A stretch of DNA of 64,000 nt from an uncultured Fidelibacterota bacterium (GCA_913040915.1 CAJWHW010000006.1:13727-77726), one strand, 5' to 3'; positions 38,755 to 50,006 are shown, counted from the first letter of the stretch. Notes: generated from the sequence alone by a model not told the origin. Made by a program: numbers and translations.

Positions 38755-39525
38755 ATGAAAATTGCTGTATTAGTAAAGCAAGTTCCAAGCTCAGAATCTG
38801 CTTTAACCATTTCTGATGATCAAAGCTGGATTGATGAAAATCAAGTTACCTATGCTATGAATCATCCAGATAACTTTGCTATTGAAGAAGCGTTATTGAT
38901 CAAAGAAAGAATCGGTGATGGAGAAGTAGTAGTCGTCAGTCTTGGGCCAGATCGAACCCGAAAGGTAATCCGTGAAGGACTCGCAAAAGGAGCTGATAGG
39001 GGAATTCATTTGCAGGAACATAGTCCTATTGAAACAGACCCTTTATCCATTGCGAAAAGCTTTGCATCTGTACTGGATGATGAAAATTTTGATCTTATTT
39101 TGACAGGTTTACAATCTGATGATACTGGGATGGGGCAAACAGGTGTTTTATTAGGGGAAATGCTTGGAATGTCAACCGCAACTTTAGCAATTGAAACTGA
39201 TATTCAAAAGGGATCAATCCGTATTAAAAGAGAATTAGAGTCCGGGTGGTTTCAGTGGATTAAATTGCTTCTGCCTGCATCAATCAGTATTCAGTCTGGT
39301 TTAAATACTCCGCGTTATCCTTCTTTGAAAGGCATTATGGGTGCAAAAAAGAAAGAATTAAAAATTGTAGCTCCAGAAGATCACCAAGTTGACTCCAAAA
39401 CTCAAACGATTGACAAAATATTTGTTCCGAAAACGACCAAGAAGACCGTAGTGATAGAAGGGGATGCAGATACTTCTGTCACACGTATTGTTGAAATTTT
39501 AAAATCAGATTTAAAGGTTTTGTAA
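38755..39525 (+). CDS. etfB: Electron transfer flavoprotein beta subunit
   Basis: VKQVP, AIEEAL, GADRG, G.QS.D...GQTG, NTPRYPSL. Confidence 0.93.
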   Translation: MKIAVLVKQVPSSESALTISDDQSWIDENQVTYAMNHPDNFAIEEALLIKERIGDGEVVVVSLGPDRTRKVIREGLAKGADRGIHLQEHSPIETDPLSIAKSFASVLDDENFDLILTGLQSDDTGMGQTGVLLGEMLGMSTATLAIETDIQKGSIRIKRELESGWFQWIKLLLPASISIQSGLNTPRYPSLKGIMGAKKKELKIVAPEDHQVDSKTQTIDKIFVPKTTKKTVVIEGDADTSVTRIVEILKSDLKVL

Positions 39526-39528
39526 AGA

Positions 39529-40467
39529 ATGGATATTTTAGTTGTACTTGAAGATAACCATGGCTCACTACATCGAATGAGTAAAGAGGCAGTCTCAGGC
39601 GCTCAGCAAATGGATGGTACAGTAACGGCTCTTGCCATCGGGGCCAATGCAGAATCTTTAGCAAATGAACTAAATCATATAGGTTTTTCAGAAATAATTA
39701 TTATCAATCATGATCTGGTCTCATCTTATAATGCGGATGGTTATGCGGAAGTTGTAAAGCAGGTAGTTGAAGCTGAAGAACCAAGATTTATTGTTGCAGG
39801 ACATACTTACCAAACTCGTGATTTTATGCCTCGTGTCAGTGCAAAATTAGACATACCATTTATTCCTGATGTTATTTCCATCAATGATGGTTATGTAAAA
39901 CAAGTTTTGAATGCAAAATTTAATGCAGTCTGCTTTTTTTCTGCTCAACAAGCGATTATAAGTTTTCAATCTGCTGCATTTAACGAAGATGATATTTTTT
40001 CTGGGGCTGGCGCATCACGGATTTTTAATGTTAATTTAGATTCATCTGTTATTCAAGTAGAATCAGAAGAGCCATTTCAAGAAGCGGCAGGAGATGTAGA
40101 CATCGATGCCGCAGAATGGCTTGTTTCCATTGGTCGTGGAATTGAGGATGAAGAGAATGTACAAATGGCCTTTGATTTGGCGTTAGCTCTTGGGGCTGAA
40201 GTTGTTGCAAGCCGTCCAGTAGTAGATTCCGGGTGGGTTGATGGATTTAGGCAAGTTGGAAGCTCAGGACTCAATGTAGCACCAAAACTTTATTTTTCCC
40301 TTGGTGTTTCCGGTGCAATACAGCATGTTGTGGGGATGAAAGGTTCAAAAAGTATCATTGCAATTAACAAGGATCCGGAAGCACCTATTTTTGAAATAGC
40401 GGATTATGCCGTTGTTGGTGATCTTTTGGAAATTGTACCTAAACTGATTGAGGTATTAAAAGGATAA
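39529..40467 (+). CDS. etfA: Electron transfer flavoprotein alpha subunit
   Basis: [37 protein letters not shown]. Confidence 0.94.
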   Translation: MDILVVLEDNHGSLHRMSKEAVSGAQQMDGTVTALAIGANAESLANELNHIGFSEIIIINHDLVSSYNADGYAEVVKQVVEAEEPRFIVAGHTYQTRDFMPRVSAKLDIPFIPDVISINDGYVKQVLNAKFNAVCFFSAQQAIISFQSAAFNEDDIFSGAGASRIFNVNLDSSVIQVESEEPFQEAAGDVDIDAAEWLVSIGRGIEDEENVQMAFDLALALGAEVVASRPVVDSGWVDGFRQVGSSGLNVAPKLYFSLGVSGAIQHVVGMKGSKSIIAINKDPEAPIFEIADYAVVGDLLEIVPKLIEVLKG

Positions 40468-40476
40468 TCAAAAATC

Positions 40477-42324
40477 TTGATGGATAACATTACCTTTTCT
40501 GTTCCCGAAAAATTAATTCTTGCAGCATTAACCCTTGGAGCACTGAGTTCATTTTGCTATGAGGTGAACCGCCGAATTATTATCATTCGAAAAGGGATTG
40601 GCTCTCTACCATTTGATCGAATTCCTGAAAGGCTTTTTCGTGTTTTTAAAGAAGTTTTTCTCCATGAAAAAGTAATACGTGAACGGCCTTTTCCCGGATT
40701 CATGCATGCTCTGGTTTTTTGGGGATTTCTTGTATTTGGTCTGGTTACTTTAGATCATTTCGCTATTGGTTTTCATAAACCTATTCTATCTGAGTCCGCA
40801 CACCATAATTACTCATTGATTGTTATACCATTTTCCATATTAGTGATTTTTGGGATTATTTCGTTGGCTTACCGACGTTTTATAACACGACCAAAATCAT
40901 TAGGAGATTTATCTCCAACTTCAGGTTTGGTGACAGTATTTATTGTGATCTTAATGTTAACCTATTTATTGGGTGAAATGGGAATTTCTTCTACTCTATG
41001 GAAAATAAATTGGTGGATTCACAGTGTTGTGATTCTTGCTTTTTTGATATTAATTCCTCGAAGTAAACACCTACACCTGGTTTTAGCGCCATTCAATATT
41101 TTCTTCAGGCCATTTACGCAGCCGGAGCACACGCCAGTGCATATCGATTTAGAGGGAGATGAAGATGAATTAGATTCTATGCTCACGAGCCTAAACAAAT
41201 TAACTCAAAATCAGGCATTAGATATTTTTTCCTGTGTGGAGTGTGGACGTTGTACAGATGTTTGTCCTGCGAATAGAGGTGGGGGTATTTTGGATCCAAA
41301 ACATCATTTTATAATGGATCTTCGTGCGCCTCTTCTTGAAGAAAAGGATGTGACTGTTTTGGATCGTGTAAACATTGAAGCAGGATGGGAGTGCACAACC
41401 TGCCAAGCATGTACGGAAGTTTGTCCTGTTGGTAACCATGTTGAAAAATCTGATGAGATCAGGCGCTTAGAAGTTTTAGTAGAAGGACGAGTCCCACAAG
41501 AATATCAAAAATTATTTACCAATCTTCAGGAAACAGGCAATACGGAAGGTGCGTCTTCCAGCGCATTTGCAGATTCATTTCCCACTTATACATCAGATAA
41601 AGATTATGTATTATGGCTTGGATGTTTTGCCCGTCATGGATTGGATCCAAATTTTAATGAATCGGTAGAAAATTTCACAAAAATTCTTGATGTTGCAGGT
41701 GTGACTTATGGTGTTCTGGCCGAGGAACATTGTAGCGGTGATCCTGCTAACCGGTTAGGGGATAAACTTACCTACACGATGCTTCGAGAACATAATCTAG
41801 AACAACTTTCAGAAACGAAAAAAGTAGTAACTCTCTGTCCACATTGTGCAGTTAATCTTGGTAAAGAATATTCAAATTATGGAGAAGTAAATTACACAGT
41901 TGAACATCACACCCAAGTGATTGGTAGATTAATTGATGAAGGGAAGATCAAAGTCCAAATGGGTGAAAACGGAAAGGTTACTTATCATGATCCCTGTAAC
42001 CTTTCAAGAATGTTAGATATTGTTGATGAACCACGAACTGCTATTCAGGCTGTATCATCAGATTATCAGGAAATGGAGGAATATGGCCGCAATACATTAT
42101 GCTGCGGTGCAGGTGGTGCTTTATGGTGGAAAAAAGAAACTCAAGGTCGTACACATCTTGTAAGAGCAGAGCAGGTGATAGAATCAAAAGCTGATACTGT
42201 TGTTACCGGCTGCAATTTTTGTTATGGTATGATGAAACAGGGCTTAGGACCCATGATGCCTGAAGGTCGCGATGAAGTCCAGGTAAAAGATGTAGCTGAT
42301 ATTGTAGCAGACAATCTAATATAG
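40477..42324 (+). CDS. Membrane Fe-S oxidoreductase (FadF/EMO-type ETF:quinone oxidoreductase)
   Basis: TM domain with His residues, SKHLH; CVECGRC..CP and CTTCQAC..CP; two CCG domains (YHDPC, CCGAGG). Confidence 0.85.
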   Translation: MMDNITFSVPEKLILAALTLGALSSFCYEVNRRIIIIRKGIGSLPFDRIPERLFRVFKEVFLHEKVIRERPFPGFMHALVFWGFLVFGLVTLDHFAIGFHKPILSESAHHNYSLIVIPFSILVIFGIISLAYRRFITRPKSLGDLSPTSGLVTVFIVILMLTYLLGEMGISSTLWKINWWIHSVVILAFLILIPRSKHLHLVLAPFNIFFRPFTQPEHTPVHIDLEGDEDELDSMLTSLNKLTQNQALDIFSCVECGRCTDVCPANRGGGILDPKHHFIMDLRAPLLEEKDVTVLDRVNIEAGWECTTCQACTEVCPVGNHVEKSDEIRRLEVLVEGRVPQEYQKLFTNLQETGNTEGASSSAFADSFPTYTSDKDYVLWLGCFARHGLDPNFNESVENFTKILDVAGVTYGVLAEEHCSGDPANRLGDKLTYTMLREHNLEQLSETKKVVTLCPHCAVNLGKEYSNYGEVNYTVEHHTQVIGRLIDEGKIKVQMGENGKVTYHDPCNLSRMLDIVDEPRTAIQAVSSDYQEMEEYGRNTLCCGAGGALWWKKETQGRTHLVRAEQVIESKADTVVTGCNFCYGMMKQGLGPMMPEGRDEVQVKDVADIVADNLI

Positions 42325-42423
42325 GCCTTCACAAAGATAATATTTATATATTAATTATAAAAAAACTGAATCCAAAATTCACCTAAGTCTAGGACAAGGT
42401 TCAACTAAACTAAAAAATAGATT

Positions 42424-43236
42424 TCACTTTTGATTTGAAAGAAAACTTTGAATTGCATGCCAGTACTTGGATGTGAAGCTGATTGTATTATGACCTGTAT
42501 TATTAATAATCAAATATTCACTTGGTCCTCTCCATGCTTCAACCAAATTTAATGAAAGATCATTAGAAATAATTTGATCTTCCGACCCTATAAGGGTAAG
42601 CATAGGAGAGGTAATATTGGGTGCAATTTCATCCGAGAGAAAAGGGTGTCTGAGTAACAACTTAATGGGAAAAATAGGATAGTGCTTTTTTGCGACATTC
42701 ACAAGATTATCAAAAGGTGTTACCAAAATCATTCCTTTTACTGATCTCTTGCTTCCAACATGCACTGCAACTGCAGACCCAAGACTACGGCCGATTAAGA
42801 ATATATTTGATGGTTCAATATTGTAATTATTTGTAATGTGATCAAAAATAAATAATGCATCTGAAAAAAGAACATCTTGTCCTGGCCAGCCTTCACTTTT
42901 ACCATAACCACGGTAATTCACAAATAACATTGAATAATCACCGAATTTTTTTAAATCATGCAGATTTTGTGAAACTTCCTCTGCGTTTCCACCATAATAA
43001 ATAATTAATGGTTTAATAGGCTGAAGTTCCTTTTGAATAAACCAGCCGTGGAGAGACAGACCATCATGCATGAAGGTGATTTCATGCGTCTCAAATTGTT
43101 TTAAAAAAGAAATCTGGTGTTCTGCAATTTTCCGGGGGAAAAAAATAAAAGAGGATTGAGCAAAATATAAAACACCACAAATGATGATATAAAAAGAAGT
43201 TATTAAAATTAGAAAAGAACCCAAGGACAATTTCAT
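42424..43236 (-). CDS. Alpha/beta hydrolase with N-terminal TM
   Basis: YYGGNAE, YRGYGKS.G, GRSLG, GHN. Confidence 0.87.
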   Translation of the reverse strand: MKLSLGSFLILITSFYIIICGVLYFAQSSFIFFPRKIAEHQISFLKQFETHEITFMHDGLSLHGWFIQKELQPIKPLIIYYGGNAEEVSQNLHDLKKFGDYSMLFVNYRGYGKSEGWPGQDVLFSDALFIFDHITNNYNIEPSNIFLIGRSLGSAVAVHVGSKRSVKGMILVTPFDNLVNVAKKHYPIFPIKLLLRHPFLSDEIAPNITSPMLTLIGSEDQIISNDLSLNLVEAWRGPSEYLIINNTGHNTISFTSKYWHAIQSFLSNQK

Positions 43237-44999
43237 GATTTTATTTGTTCTGATATTTCCAATGATCTTAACCGATTAATAGCAGCAGCAATTTCAAATT
43301 TACGAGGTCTTGAAAAATTGCCGGGGTGTTTTTCCTTTTTATAAAATGGATCTAAAGAATCCAGACCATTATTATTGAAATATTCATCCAAAGCATCAAC
43401 AATTTCCCTGAGCGTTACTTTATTTCTTACCATTTTTTCTGATGCAAAATAAATTGCATAAGCAATTGCACGAGTTTGGCTTGTTTCCACCAATTGATCT
43501 ACAAAGCGAAGGTCTATGGTCTCAGTGCCAAAAATAATTTTATCTTGCTCTTGTACTCTGATTTTTACTTTTTTTCTTCCATGGGATGCATCAAAACTTG
43601 ACGCTGCCGGTATTCTGCCAGAAATTACAAACATAGCCTTTAAACTTTCTGCTTGTCGTTGAGTTGGGTGATCTTGCACAATAGTTAATGTCTCTTTGGT
43701 GACATTATGAGGTAAATAATCCTGCATTTTAATGACTGTATCGGCTACGTCAAAATAATCACCGGATCCTCCCATGACCAAGACTGTAGACACGCCGTTG
43801 TATTCATACAATTCACGAACACGGTCAATAAAGGGTGTGATGGGTTCCTTAGTTTTATGAATCAGTTTTTGCATCCGTGCATCCCTGACCATAAAGTTTG
43901 TTGCAGAAGTATCTTCATCTAATAAAAGAAGATTACACCCTATTTCCATTGCTTCCATAATATTGGTTGCCTGGCTTGTGCTACCGCTTGCATCTTTGCT
44001 ACAAAAAGATTCGGTGCTGATATCCTGTGGTAGGTTCGTAATAAAAGGGTCAATATTGACATTTTTTATTTGACGACCATCTTCTGATCTAATTTTTACG
44101 CATTTAGGATCTGTGATCACGTATTCACGCCCATCGCCGAGGATGTGCGGATAAATACAACGTTCCAATGCCTTTAATAAGGTGGACTTACCATGATAAC
44201 CGCCTCCAACGATTAAAGTGACGCCATTCGGAATGCCCATGCCAGAAATATATTTTTGGCCATCCGATAGTGGGTTCTTTAATTCATATGTCGTTTCAAG
44301 AGATTTAGGTGATTGAAATTTCACAACTTTACTTTCAGATAAAGGTTTATCGCTTATGCCGGAAGCTCTTGGTAAAATAGATCCATTGGCTACAAAAGCA
44401 GACAAATTTTTATCATTAAGTTGACGGCGAATTGATTCCTGGTTTTCTATACACTCCACAAATTGGGTACAGGTTGATTGATCTATATTTTTCCACCTAA
44501 GAGATTGTTCAACAATTTTTGGAATTTCATAGCATAGAATTTTAATCGCTTCATGTCCCAAAATCCTTCTTCCGGAAGCAGGAAAGCCAATTTGTAATCG
44601 GGCATCGATCCAATTTTCTGTGATAAAAATTGCTGTTCTTTCTAAAACTTCCTGTCCACCTACGTCTATAAAAATTAATCCGCTTTTTCCGGTACCTTTT
44701 TTTGGTGTTGTTGTTTTTTTAATTTTATCTTTTACGACTCGCGCGACAAAATCTTCTAAGGCTATTTTACGGATAGGATTTTTCCAAAGGTGTGATGGGA
44801 ATTCTGAAATTTTACTCATAACCCGTAGACGTATTTTGGAGGGCTCGGCAAAAGGATCTCCCTGAACATGATCAATAAATAATTTAAATTCCCGGAAAGC
44901 AAATTGGCCTTGAATTTTTTTATAGGCCTTGTAACCGAGACCGTCTATTTTAGTAAGAGTATTTCTTAATTGGTGGTTGTTTAACATAATGTCAAACAA
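43233..44999 (-). CDS. ABC-class P-loop ATPase (ABC_ATPase family)
   Basis: DHVQGDPFA.PS, Walker A GGGYHGKST, ASGSTSQA, Walker B LLLDEDTSATN, AINRLR. Confidence 0.88.
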   Translation of the reverse strand: MFDIMLNNHQLRNTLTKIDGLGYKAYKKIQGQFAFREFKLFIDHVQGDPFAEPSKIRLRVMSKISEFPSHLWKNPIRKIALEDFVARVVKDKIKKTTTPKKGTGKSGLIFIDVGGQEVLERTAIFITENWIDARLQIGFPASGRRILGHEAIKILCYEIPKIVEQSLRWKNIDQSTCTQFVECIENQESIRRQLNDKNLSAFVANGSILPRASGISDKPLSESKVVKFQSPKSLETTYELKNPLSDGQKYISGMGIPNGVTLIVGGGYHGKSTLLKALERCIYPHILGDGREYVITDPKCVKIRSEDGRQIKNVNIDPFITNLPQDISTESFCSKDASGSTSQATNIMEAMEIGCNLLLLDEDTSATNFMVRDARMQKLIHKTKEPITPFIDRVRELYEYNGVSTVLVMGGSGDYFDVADTVIKMQDYLPHNVTKETLTIVQDHPTQRQAESLKAMFVISGRIPAASSFDASHGRKKVKIRVQEQDKIIFGTETIDLRFVDQLVETSQTRAIAYAIYFASEKMVRNKVTLREIVDALDEYFNNNGLDSLDPFYKKEKHPGNFSRPRKFEIAAAINRLRSLEISEQIKS

Positions 45000-45104
45000 T
45001 AAGGAAAAAAGTTTACTTTAGCAAAACTAATTTTTGTACAGATCGATTTTGTTTCGATAACAATTCAACGAAATAAATACAGCTAGAGCATTTTGATCCA
45101 CAAT

Positions 45105-45530
45105 TCAATCGAGGGGGATGAGCCGAATACCTGCTTCTTTTGCATGGTCGATGATACGGTCATCACGATAGAATTCAGCATAATAGATAGTTTTAATTCC
45201 TGCATTTGCAATCAACTTAAAGCAGTTATAACAAGGGGAAGCTGTAACAAAAATTTCTGAACTATTTATTTCTACTCCATTTTTGGCAGCTTGCACAATG
45301 GCATTTGCTTCAGCATGAGTTGTTCGTACGCAATGGCCGTCAACCATTTCATGACCTACTTCATCACAGTGTGCAAGACCTTTAATGCTGCCGTTATACC
45401 CAGTAGATAAAATTGTCTTTTCTCTGACGATAACTGCTCCAACATGCTTCCGATCACAGGTAGAGCGGGTTGCGACTTCAATAGCAATATTCATGAAATA
45501 TTTTTCCCAACTGACTCGTTCATTTTTCAT
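45105..45530 (-). CDS. dCMP deaminase / ComEB family
   Basis: RSTC.R..VGA, TGYNG, HAEANA, PCYNC. Confidence 0.9.
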   Translation of the reverse strand: MKNERVSWEKYFMNIAIEVATRSTCDRKHVGAVIVREKTILSTGYNGSIKGLAHCDEVGHEMVDGHCVRTTHAEANAIVQAAKNGVEINSSEIFVTASPCYNCFKLIANAGIKTIYYAEFYRDDRIIDHAKEAGIRLIPLD

Positions 45531-45784
45531 TATTCAATATCTTTTTTATTAAAGATTTTAACAGCATACTTTGGTTCACCATAATAAATTTTATCCGCTG
45601 CCTGTGCAAGACGAGCAGTTAATATTAAATAGGCCCAGGTAGGCACCATCACACTTGCACAACCCTTAATAATGACTTTTTCATTATTGTACTGCTCAAA
45701 ATCATGTTCACTTATCATATGGCGAAATGATTTTTCACGAATAATGCCATTATCTAAAAAGTCGTCTAACAGAATTGTTTTCAT
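45530..45784 (-). CDS. DUF2480-like protein (short form)
   Basis: REKSFR......DFEQY, VPTWAY, YYGE. Confidence 0.7.
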   Translation of the reverse strand: MKTILLDDFLDNGIIREKSFRHMISEHDFEQYNNEKVIIKGCASVMVPTWAYLILTARLAQAADKIYYGEPKYAVKIFNKKDIE

Positions 45785-45786
45785 TC

Positions 45787-46986
45787 CTAAAAATAACCTA
45801 TAATAGTTTTAAGTGCCGTACAAAATTTGTCTATCTCTGATTCGTCATTATACATGTAAAAACTGACTCTTGCTGTAGCAGTTTCGCCTAGAGTTTCTAA
45901 TAAAGGTTGAGCACAATGATGTCCGACACGAATCGCTATATTATCTTCATTTAAAAACTGGGCTAAATCATGTGGATGAATATTTTTAATGTTAAAACTA
46001 ATTACACCGCCACGGTTTTTTGCATTACCATGAATTCTGAGACATTCAATTTCATTCAATTTAGTTAAGGCGTATTGAGTTAACTGCTTTTCATGGGACT
46101 CAACAGCATCCATGCCGATTCCTTCTAAATAATCAATCGCTGCTCCGAGACCAACTGCCTGGGCAAAATTGGGTGTGCCAGCTTCAAACTTATATGGAAT
46201 ATCATTCCAGGTAGATTTTTCCATCGTAACGGTATTGATCATCTCACCGCCGCCCATGAATGGTTCCATTTCATTTAATAAATCAGTTTTTCCCCATAAA
46301 ACACCAACCCCCGTTGGCCCCAACATTTTATGACCGGAGAATGCATAATAGTCACATCCCAATTCATGAACATTTACAGGTATATGAGAAGCACCCTGTG
46401 CGCCGTCAACAATAAAAATTGCACCGACATTTTGAACCAATTTTGCAATTTTTTTTATTGGATTAATAGTGCCTAGTATATTAGACATATGGGTCAAGGA
46501 GACAATTTTTGTATTGTGTGTGAAATATTTGTTCGGTTCAGAAAGATCCAATTCGCCTGAATTATTTATGGGTATAAAGTTTAGAGTCGCACCAGTTCGC
46601 ATAGCAGCCAATTGCCAAGGTACAATATTGGAATGATGTTCCATTTCTGAGATCAGAATTTGATCACCAGGCCTTAGGGTATTCCCAATTGACCAAGCCA
46701 ATAGATTGATTGACTCTGTTGTGCCACTTGTGAAAACAATTTCTCTATCTGATTGTGAATTTATAAAGTTGGCTACTTTTTTTCTGGCTGTTTCATATCG
46801 ATTTGTTGCTTCACTGCCAATATCATAAAGAGCGCGGTGCACATTAGCGTTCGCTTCTTTGTAGAGTGAATCAACTGCATCCAGAACAGTTTGAGGTTTT
46901 TGCGATGTGGCTGCATTATCAAAATAGATTAATTCAGAGTTAGAAAAAATAGGGAAATCTTTTTTAATATCTTTTGGTGTAAACAT
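45787..46986 (-). CDS. sufS: Cysteine desulfurase SufS
   Basis: YFDNAATSQKP, EHHSN, FSGHK, FEAGTP, RVGHHCAQP. Confidence 0.96.
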   Translation of the reverse strand: MFTPKDIKKDFPIFSNSELIYFDNAATSQKPQTVLDAVDSLYKEANANVHRALYDIGSEATNRYETARKKVANFINSQSDREIVFTSGTTESINLLAWSIGNTLRPGDQILISEMEHHSNIVPWQLAAMRTGATLNFIPINNSGELDLSEPNKYFTHNTKIVSLTHMSNILGTINPIKKIAKLVQNVGAIFIVDGAQGASHIPVNVHELGCDYYAFSGHKMLGPTGVGVLWGKTDLLNEMEPFMGGGEMINTVTMEKSTWNDIPYKFEAGTPNFAQAVGLGAAIDYLEGIGMDAVESHEKQLTQYALTKLNEIECLRIHGNAKNRGGVISFNIKNIHPHDLAQFLNEDNIAIRVGHHCAQPLLETLGETATARVSFYMYNDESEIDKFCTALKTIIGYF

Positions 46987-47053
46987 AATTATCCAGTTTA
47001 TTCCTTATAATCTACTTTTCGCACCCTTAGGTTTTTTATACTTTACAATGATT

Positions 47054-47596
47054 TTACAACATGCCTAATTCAAGCTGTGCTGCTTCACTCATCATATCTC
47101 TATTCCACTGAGGCTCCCAGACCAATTCAACTGACACGTCTTCGACGCCATCCAGTCCTTTCACTTTACGATCCACTTCTCCAGCGATTACAGGGCCCAT
47201 GCCGCATCCCGGTGCAGTAAGAGTCATTTTGATTTTGACTATTCTACCTTCATTCAGATCAGAAATGTCCATGCCGTAGATAAGTCCCAGTTCCACAATA
47301 TTTACAGGAATTTCAGGGTCGTAACATGTTCGAAGTTGGTCCCAGATTTGGCTTTCCAAGTCGCCTCTTGTTTTGGATGTTTCATCTATTTTCGGGATTT
47401 CAAATCCCAATGCATCTGCATTTTCTTCTGTGATTTGAACCATATTCCCATTGATAAGAATTGTATAATTCCCACCTAAAGCTTGGGTGATTCGGACTAA
47501 ATTTCCAGCCAATAACTTAACTTCATCGCCTGATGGAACCATGTAAGCATCTACATCTCTTAGTAATCTAATCGCTTCGTTCGGCACTTGGTTCAT
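47054..47596 (-). CDS. sufT: Fe-S assembly protein SufT (N-terminal extension plus DUF59)
   Basis: ITQALGGNYT; YDPEIPVNIVELGL; TLTAPGCGMG; MSEAAQLELG. Confidence 0.92.
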   Translation of the reverse strand: MNQVPNEAIRLLRDVDAYMVPSGDEVKLLAGNLVRITQALGGNYTILINGNMVQITEENADALGFEIPKIDETSKTRGDLESQIWDQLRTCYDPEIPVNIVELGLIYGMDISDLNEGRIVKIKMTLTAPGCGMGPVIAGEVDRKVKGLDGVEDVSVELVWEPQWNRDMMSEAAQLELGML

Positions 47597-48000
47597 TTTA
47601 CAATTTCCTGAATTTTCTGGATAGCACTGGAAAATCCATTCGTCCGTTGACTTGTGACAGCACCACCCAGACCAACGGAGCTCAAAATGTCATTACAGTT
47701 TACGGATAAAATATCTTTTGGTATTTGATTATTAAATATTCTCTCTAATAAGGAAAGTAACCCCTTTACAATCATTGCGTCAGAGTCGGTTCTAAAGACA
47801 TAGGTGTTATTCTCATTTCTGGAACCAACTACCCAAGCTTGGGATGTACAGCCGTAGATCTTATTTTTTTCAACCTTTTCTAACTCATTCAAACCTTCTG
47901 ATTCTATTGCCATATCCATAAGTTGAACAAATTTGTCTTTCGTATTATCAAATATTGAAAACAGGTCGTTCAATTCCTTTAAATTTTCCTGGATAGTCAT
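47593..48000 (-). CDS. sufE: Sulfur acceptor SufE
   Basis: GCTSQAW, DSDAMIVKGL, QRTNG. Confidence 0.9.
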   Translation of the reverse strand: MTIQENLKELNDLFSIFDNTKDKFVQLMDMAIESEGLNELEKVEKNKIYGCTSQAWVVGSRNENNTYVFRTDSDAMIVKGLLSLLERIFNNQIPKDILSVNCNDILSSVGLGGAVTSQRTNGFSSAIQKIQEIVK

Positions 48001-49265
48001 CCGGTTGTATTCTTTCTAAGCCAATTTTCAAACTGATTTGTGATAAATGCCCGCACTGATTCTTGCTTTATTTTATCCAGTAATTCATTGGCAAACCCAT
48101 TGACCAATAATGCCTTTGATTCCATGAGATCTAATCCTCGGGATCGTAAATAAAATAGGGCATTATCATCTAAAGCACCTGTAGTAGAACCGTGTACACA
48201 TTTTACATCATCGGCATAAATCTCTAATTGTGGATTAGAATTCATTAGAGTATTATTAGATAACAATAAATTTTTATTATTTTGGGTAGAATCTGTCTTT
48301 TGAGCATTTTCCCTTACGATAGTTTTTCCAACAAAAACACCTTTAGATGAATCTTGGAGAACCGATTTAAAATTTTGAGAACTGGTGCAATGAGCTACTT
48401 TGTGATCTGTAATGATATGGTGATCTAAATGTTGTGAATTGGTAGAAAGAGCTAACCCTGATAAATTGCAATTTGCACCTTCACCTTTTAAATCCGCTCG
48501 AATATTGAGTCTACTCAATTTTCCACCCTCAGCAAATTGAAAAAATGAATATTGGCTGTCAACCCCTTGTTCAATATTGAGATTCGCCATATTGATGAAT
48601 TCTTGTGAATTTGATTGAATACGGATGTGATCCAAATGAGCATTTTGGCTTAGAGCAATGTGTGTGGAACTATTTTGAAAAAAGGCCTGGGCATCTCCCA
48701 AATGATGTTCAATAAAAGTAGCAGATGCGGATTTACCTAAATCAAAATAGACAATGGGGGAGACCATCAAATTTTCTTTACCTGAAGAAATAAAAAGGAT
48801 TCTGATGGGTTTTTCAATGACGGTATTTGGTGAAATAACTAGAGACAAACCGCTATCCATAAACGCAGTATTCAAAAGATCAAATGGAGAATTTGCAGGA
48901 TGATTAAACTGCCAATTTTTCGTTTCCAAATATTCCAGACCTGTCAAGAGTTGAATGCCTTTAGGTATAGTTGAAATATTTCGTTGAAAATGGCCATTAT
49001 AAAAAATTATATCAGCAACATCGTCCATCTCAAATTCTGATAAATCCAACTTTTCTTTTGGTGCATCTTGAACATCTGAAATTTTAAAATTCTTTTTCGT
49101 AATCGCTGATAAATTAGTGAAACGCCAATCTTCCCATTTTTGTGTTGGAAATCCTGTGTCAAGGAATTTTGAAAAAGCATCCTTTCTAATGGGATGAACT
49201 TCTTTCGAGAAATATTCCCGATTCATTATTTTTTCAAATTCAGTTTGATAGTGTGTGAGATTCAT
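47997..49265 (-). CDS. sufD: Fe-S assembly protein SufD
   Basis: EDWRFT, PQLEIYADDVKC.HG, FYLRSRG; start placed at the ATGA overlap with sufC. Confidence 0.93.
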   Translation of the reverse strand: MNLTHYQTEFEKIMNREYFSKEVHPIRKDAFSKFLDTGFPTQKWEDWRFTNLSAITKKNFKISDVQDAPKEKLDLSEFEMDDVADIIFYNGHFQRNISTIPKGIQLLTGLEYLETKNWQFNHPANSPFDLLNTAFMDSGLSLVISPNTVIEKPIRILFISSGKENLMVSPIVYFDLGKSASATFIEHHLGDAQAFFQNSSTHIALSQNAHLDHIRIQSNSQEFINMANLNIEQGVDSQYSFFQFAEGGKLSRLNIRADLKGEGANCNLSGLALSTNSQHLDHHIITDHKVAHCTSSQNFKSVLQDSSKGVFVGKTIVRENAQKTDSTQNNKNLLLSNNTLMNSNPQLEIYADDVKCVHGSTTGALDDNALFYLRSRGLDLMESKALLVNGFANELLDKIKQESVRAFITNQFENWLRKNTTG

Positions 49266-50002
49266 GACGCTAACCAACTATATCCTTTATCTTCTAACTC
49301 CAAAGCTAAATCTTTACCACCGGAACGAACAATTTGTCCATCAATTAAAACATGAACGTGATCAGGCTCAATGTATTTTAATAATCGCTGATAATGAGTA
49401 ATGACAAGAAATGACCGATCTTCATTTCGATATTGATTCAGACCATTGGAAACAATTTTTAGAGCGTCAATGTCCAATCCGGAATCAGTCTCATCCAGAA
49501 TGGCCAGAGTAGGTTCGAGCGTCAGCATTTGTAATATTTCATTCCGCTTTTTTTCTCCGCCCGAAAAACCTTCATTCACAGCACGCTGGAGGTAATTTGT
49601 ATCTATATCCACTTGATTCAGTTTTTCTTTAACCAGCTTTAAAAATCCTGCAGCATCTAATTCTTTTTCACCCTGATATTTACGCTTCGCATTCAGGGCC
49701 GCTTTAAGAAAATAAGTATTATTTACGCCTGGAATCACAACCGGATATTGAAATGACATGAAAATACCAGCCAGGGATCTGTCTTCTGGTGACCAATCTA
49801 AAATAGATTCACCAAAATAAAGAATATCGCCTTTTGTAATATTGTAACCATCACGACCTGTAATGACATTTGAAAGTGTACTTTTACCGGATCCATTTCG
49901 CCCCATAATGGCGTGCATTTCACCGGGGTTTATAAACAGGTTGATCCCTTTTATTATTTCTTTATCATCGACCCTAATGTGGAGATTCTTTATTTCCAGC
50001 AT
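49262..50002 (-). CDS. sufC: Fe-S assembly ATPase SufC
   Basis: GRNGSGKST, FSGGEKKR, LDETDSGLD, THYQR. Confidence 0.96.
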   Translation of the reverse strand: MLEIKNLHIRVDDKEIIKGINLFINPGEMHAIMGRNGSGKSTLSNVITGRDGYNITKGDILYFGESILDWSPEDRSLAGIFMSFQYPVVIPGVNNTYFLKAALNAKRKYQGEKELDAAGFLKLVKEKLNQVDIDTNYLQRAVNEGFSGGEKKRNEILQMLTLEPTLAILDETDSGLDIDALKIVSNGLNQYRNEDRSFLVITHYQRLLKYIEPDHVHVLIDGQIVRSGGKDLALELEDKGYSWLAS

Positions 50003-50006
50003 TTAA

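Noticed and set aside
43233..44999. ABC-class ATPase plus hydrolase as an anti-phage defence system
   Set aside because: Matches a widespread stand-alone ATPase family; no nuclease, effector or mobile context nearby
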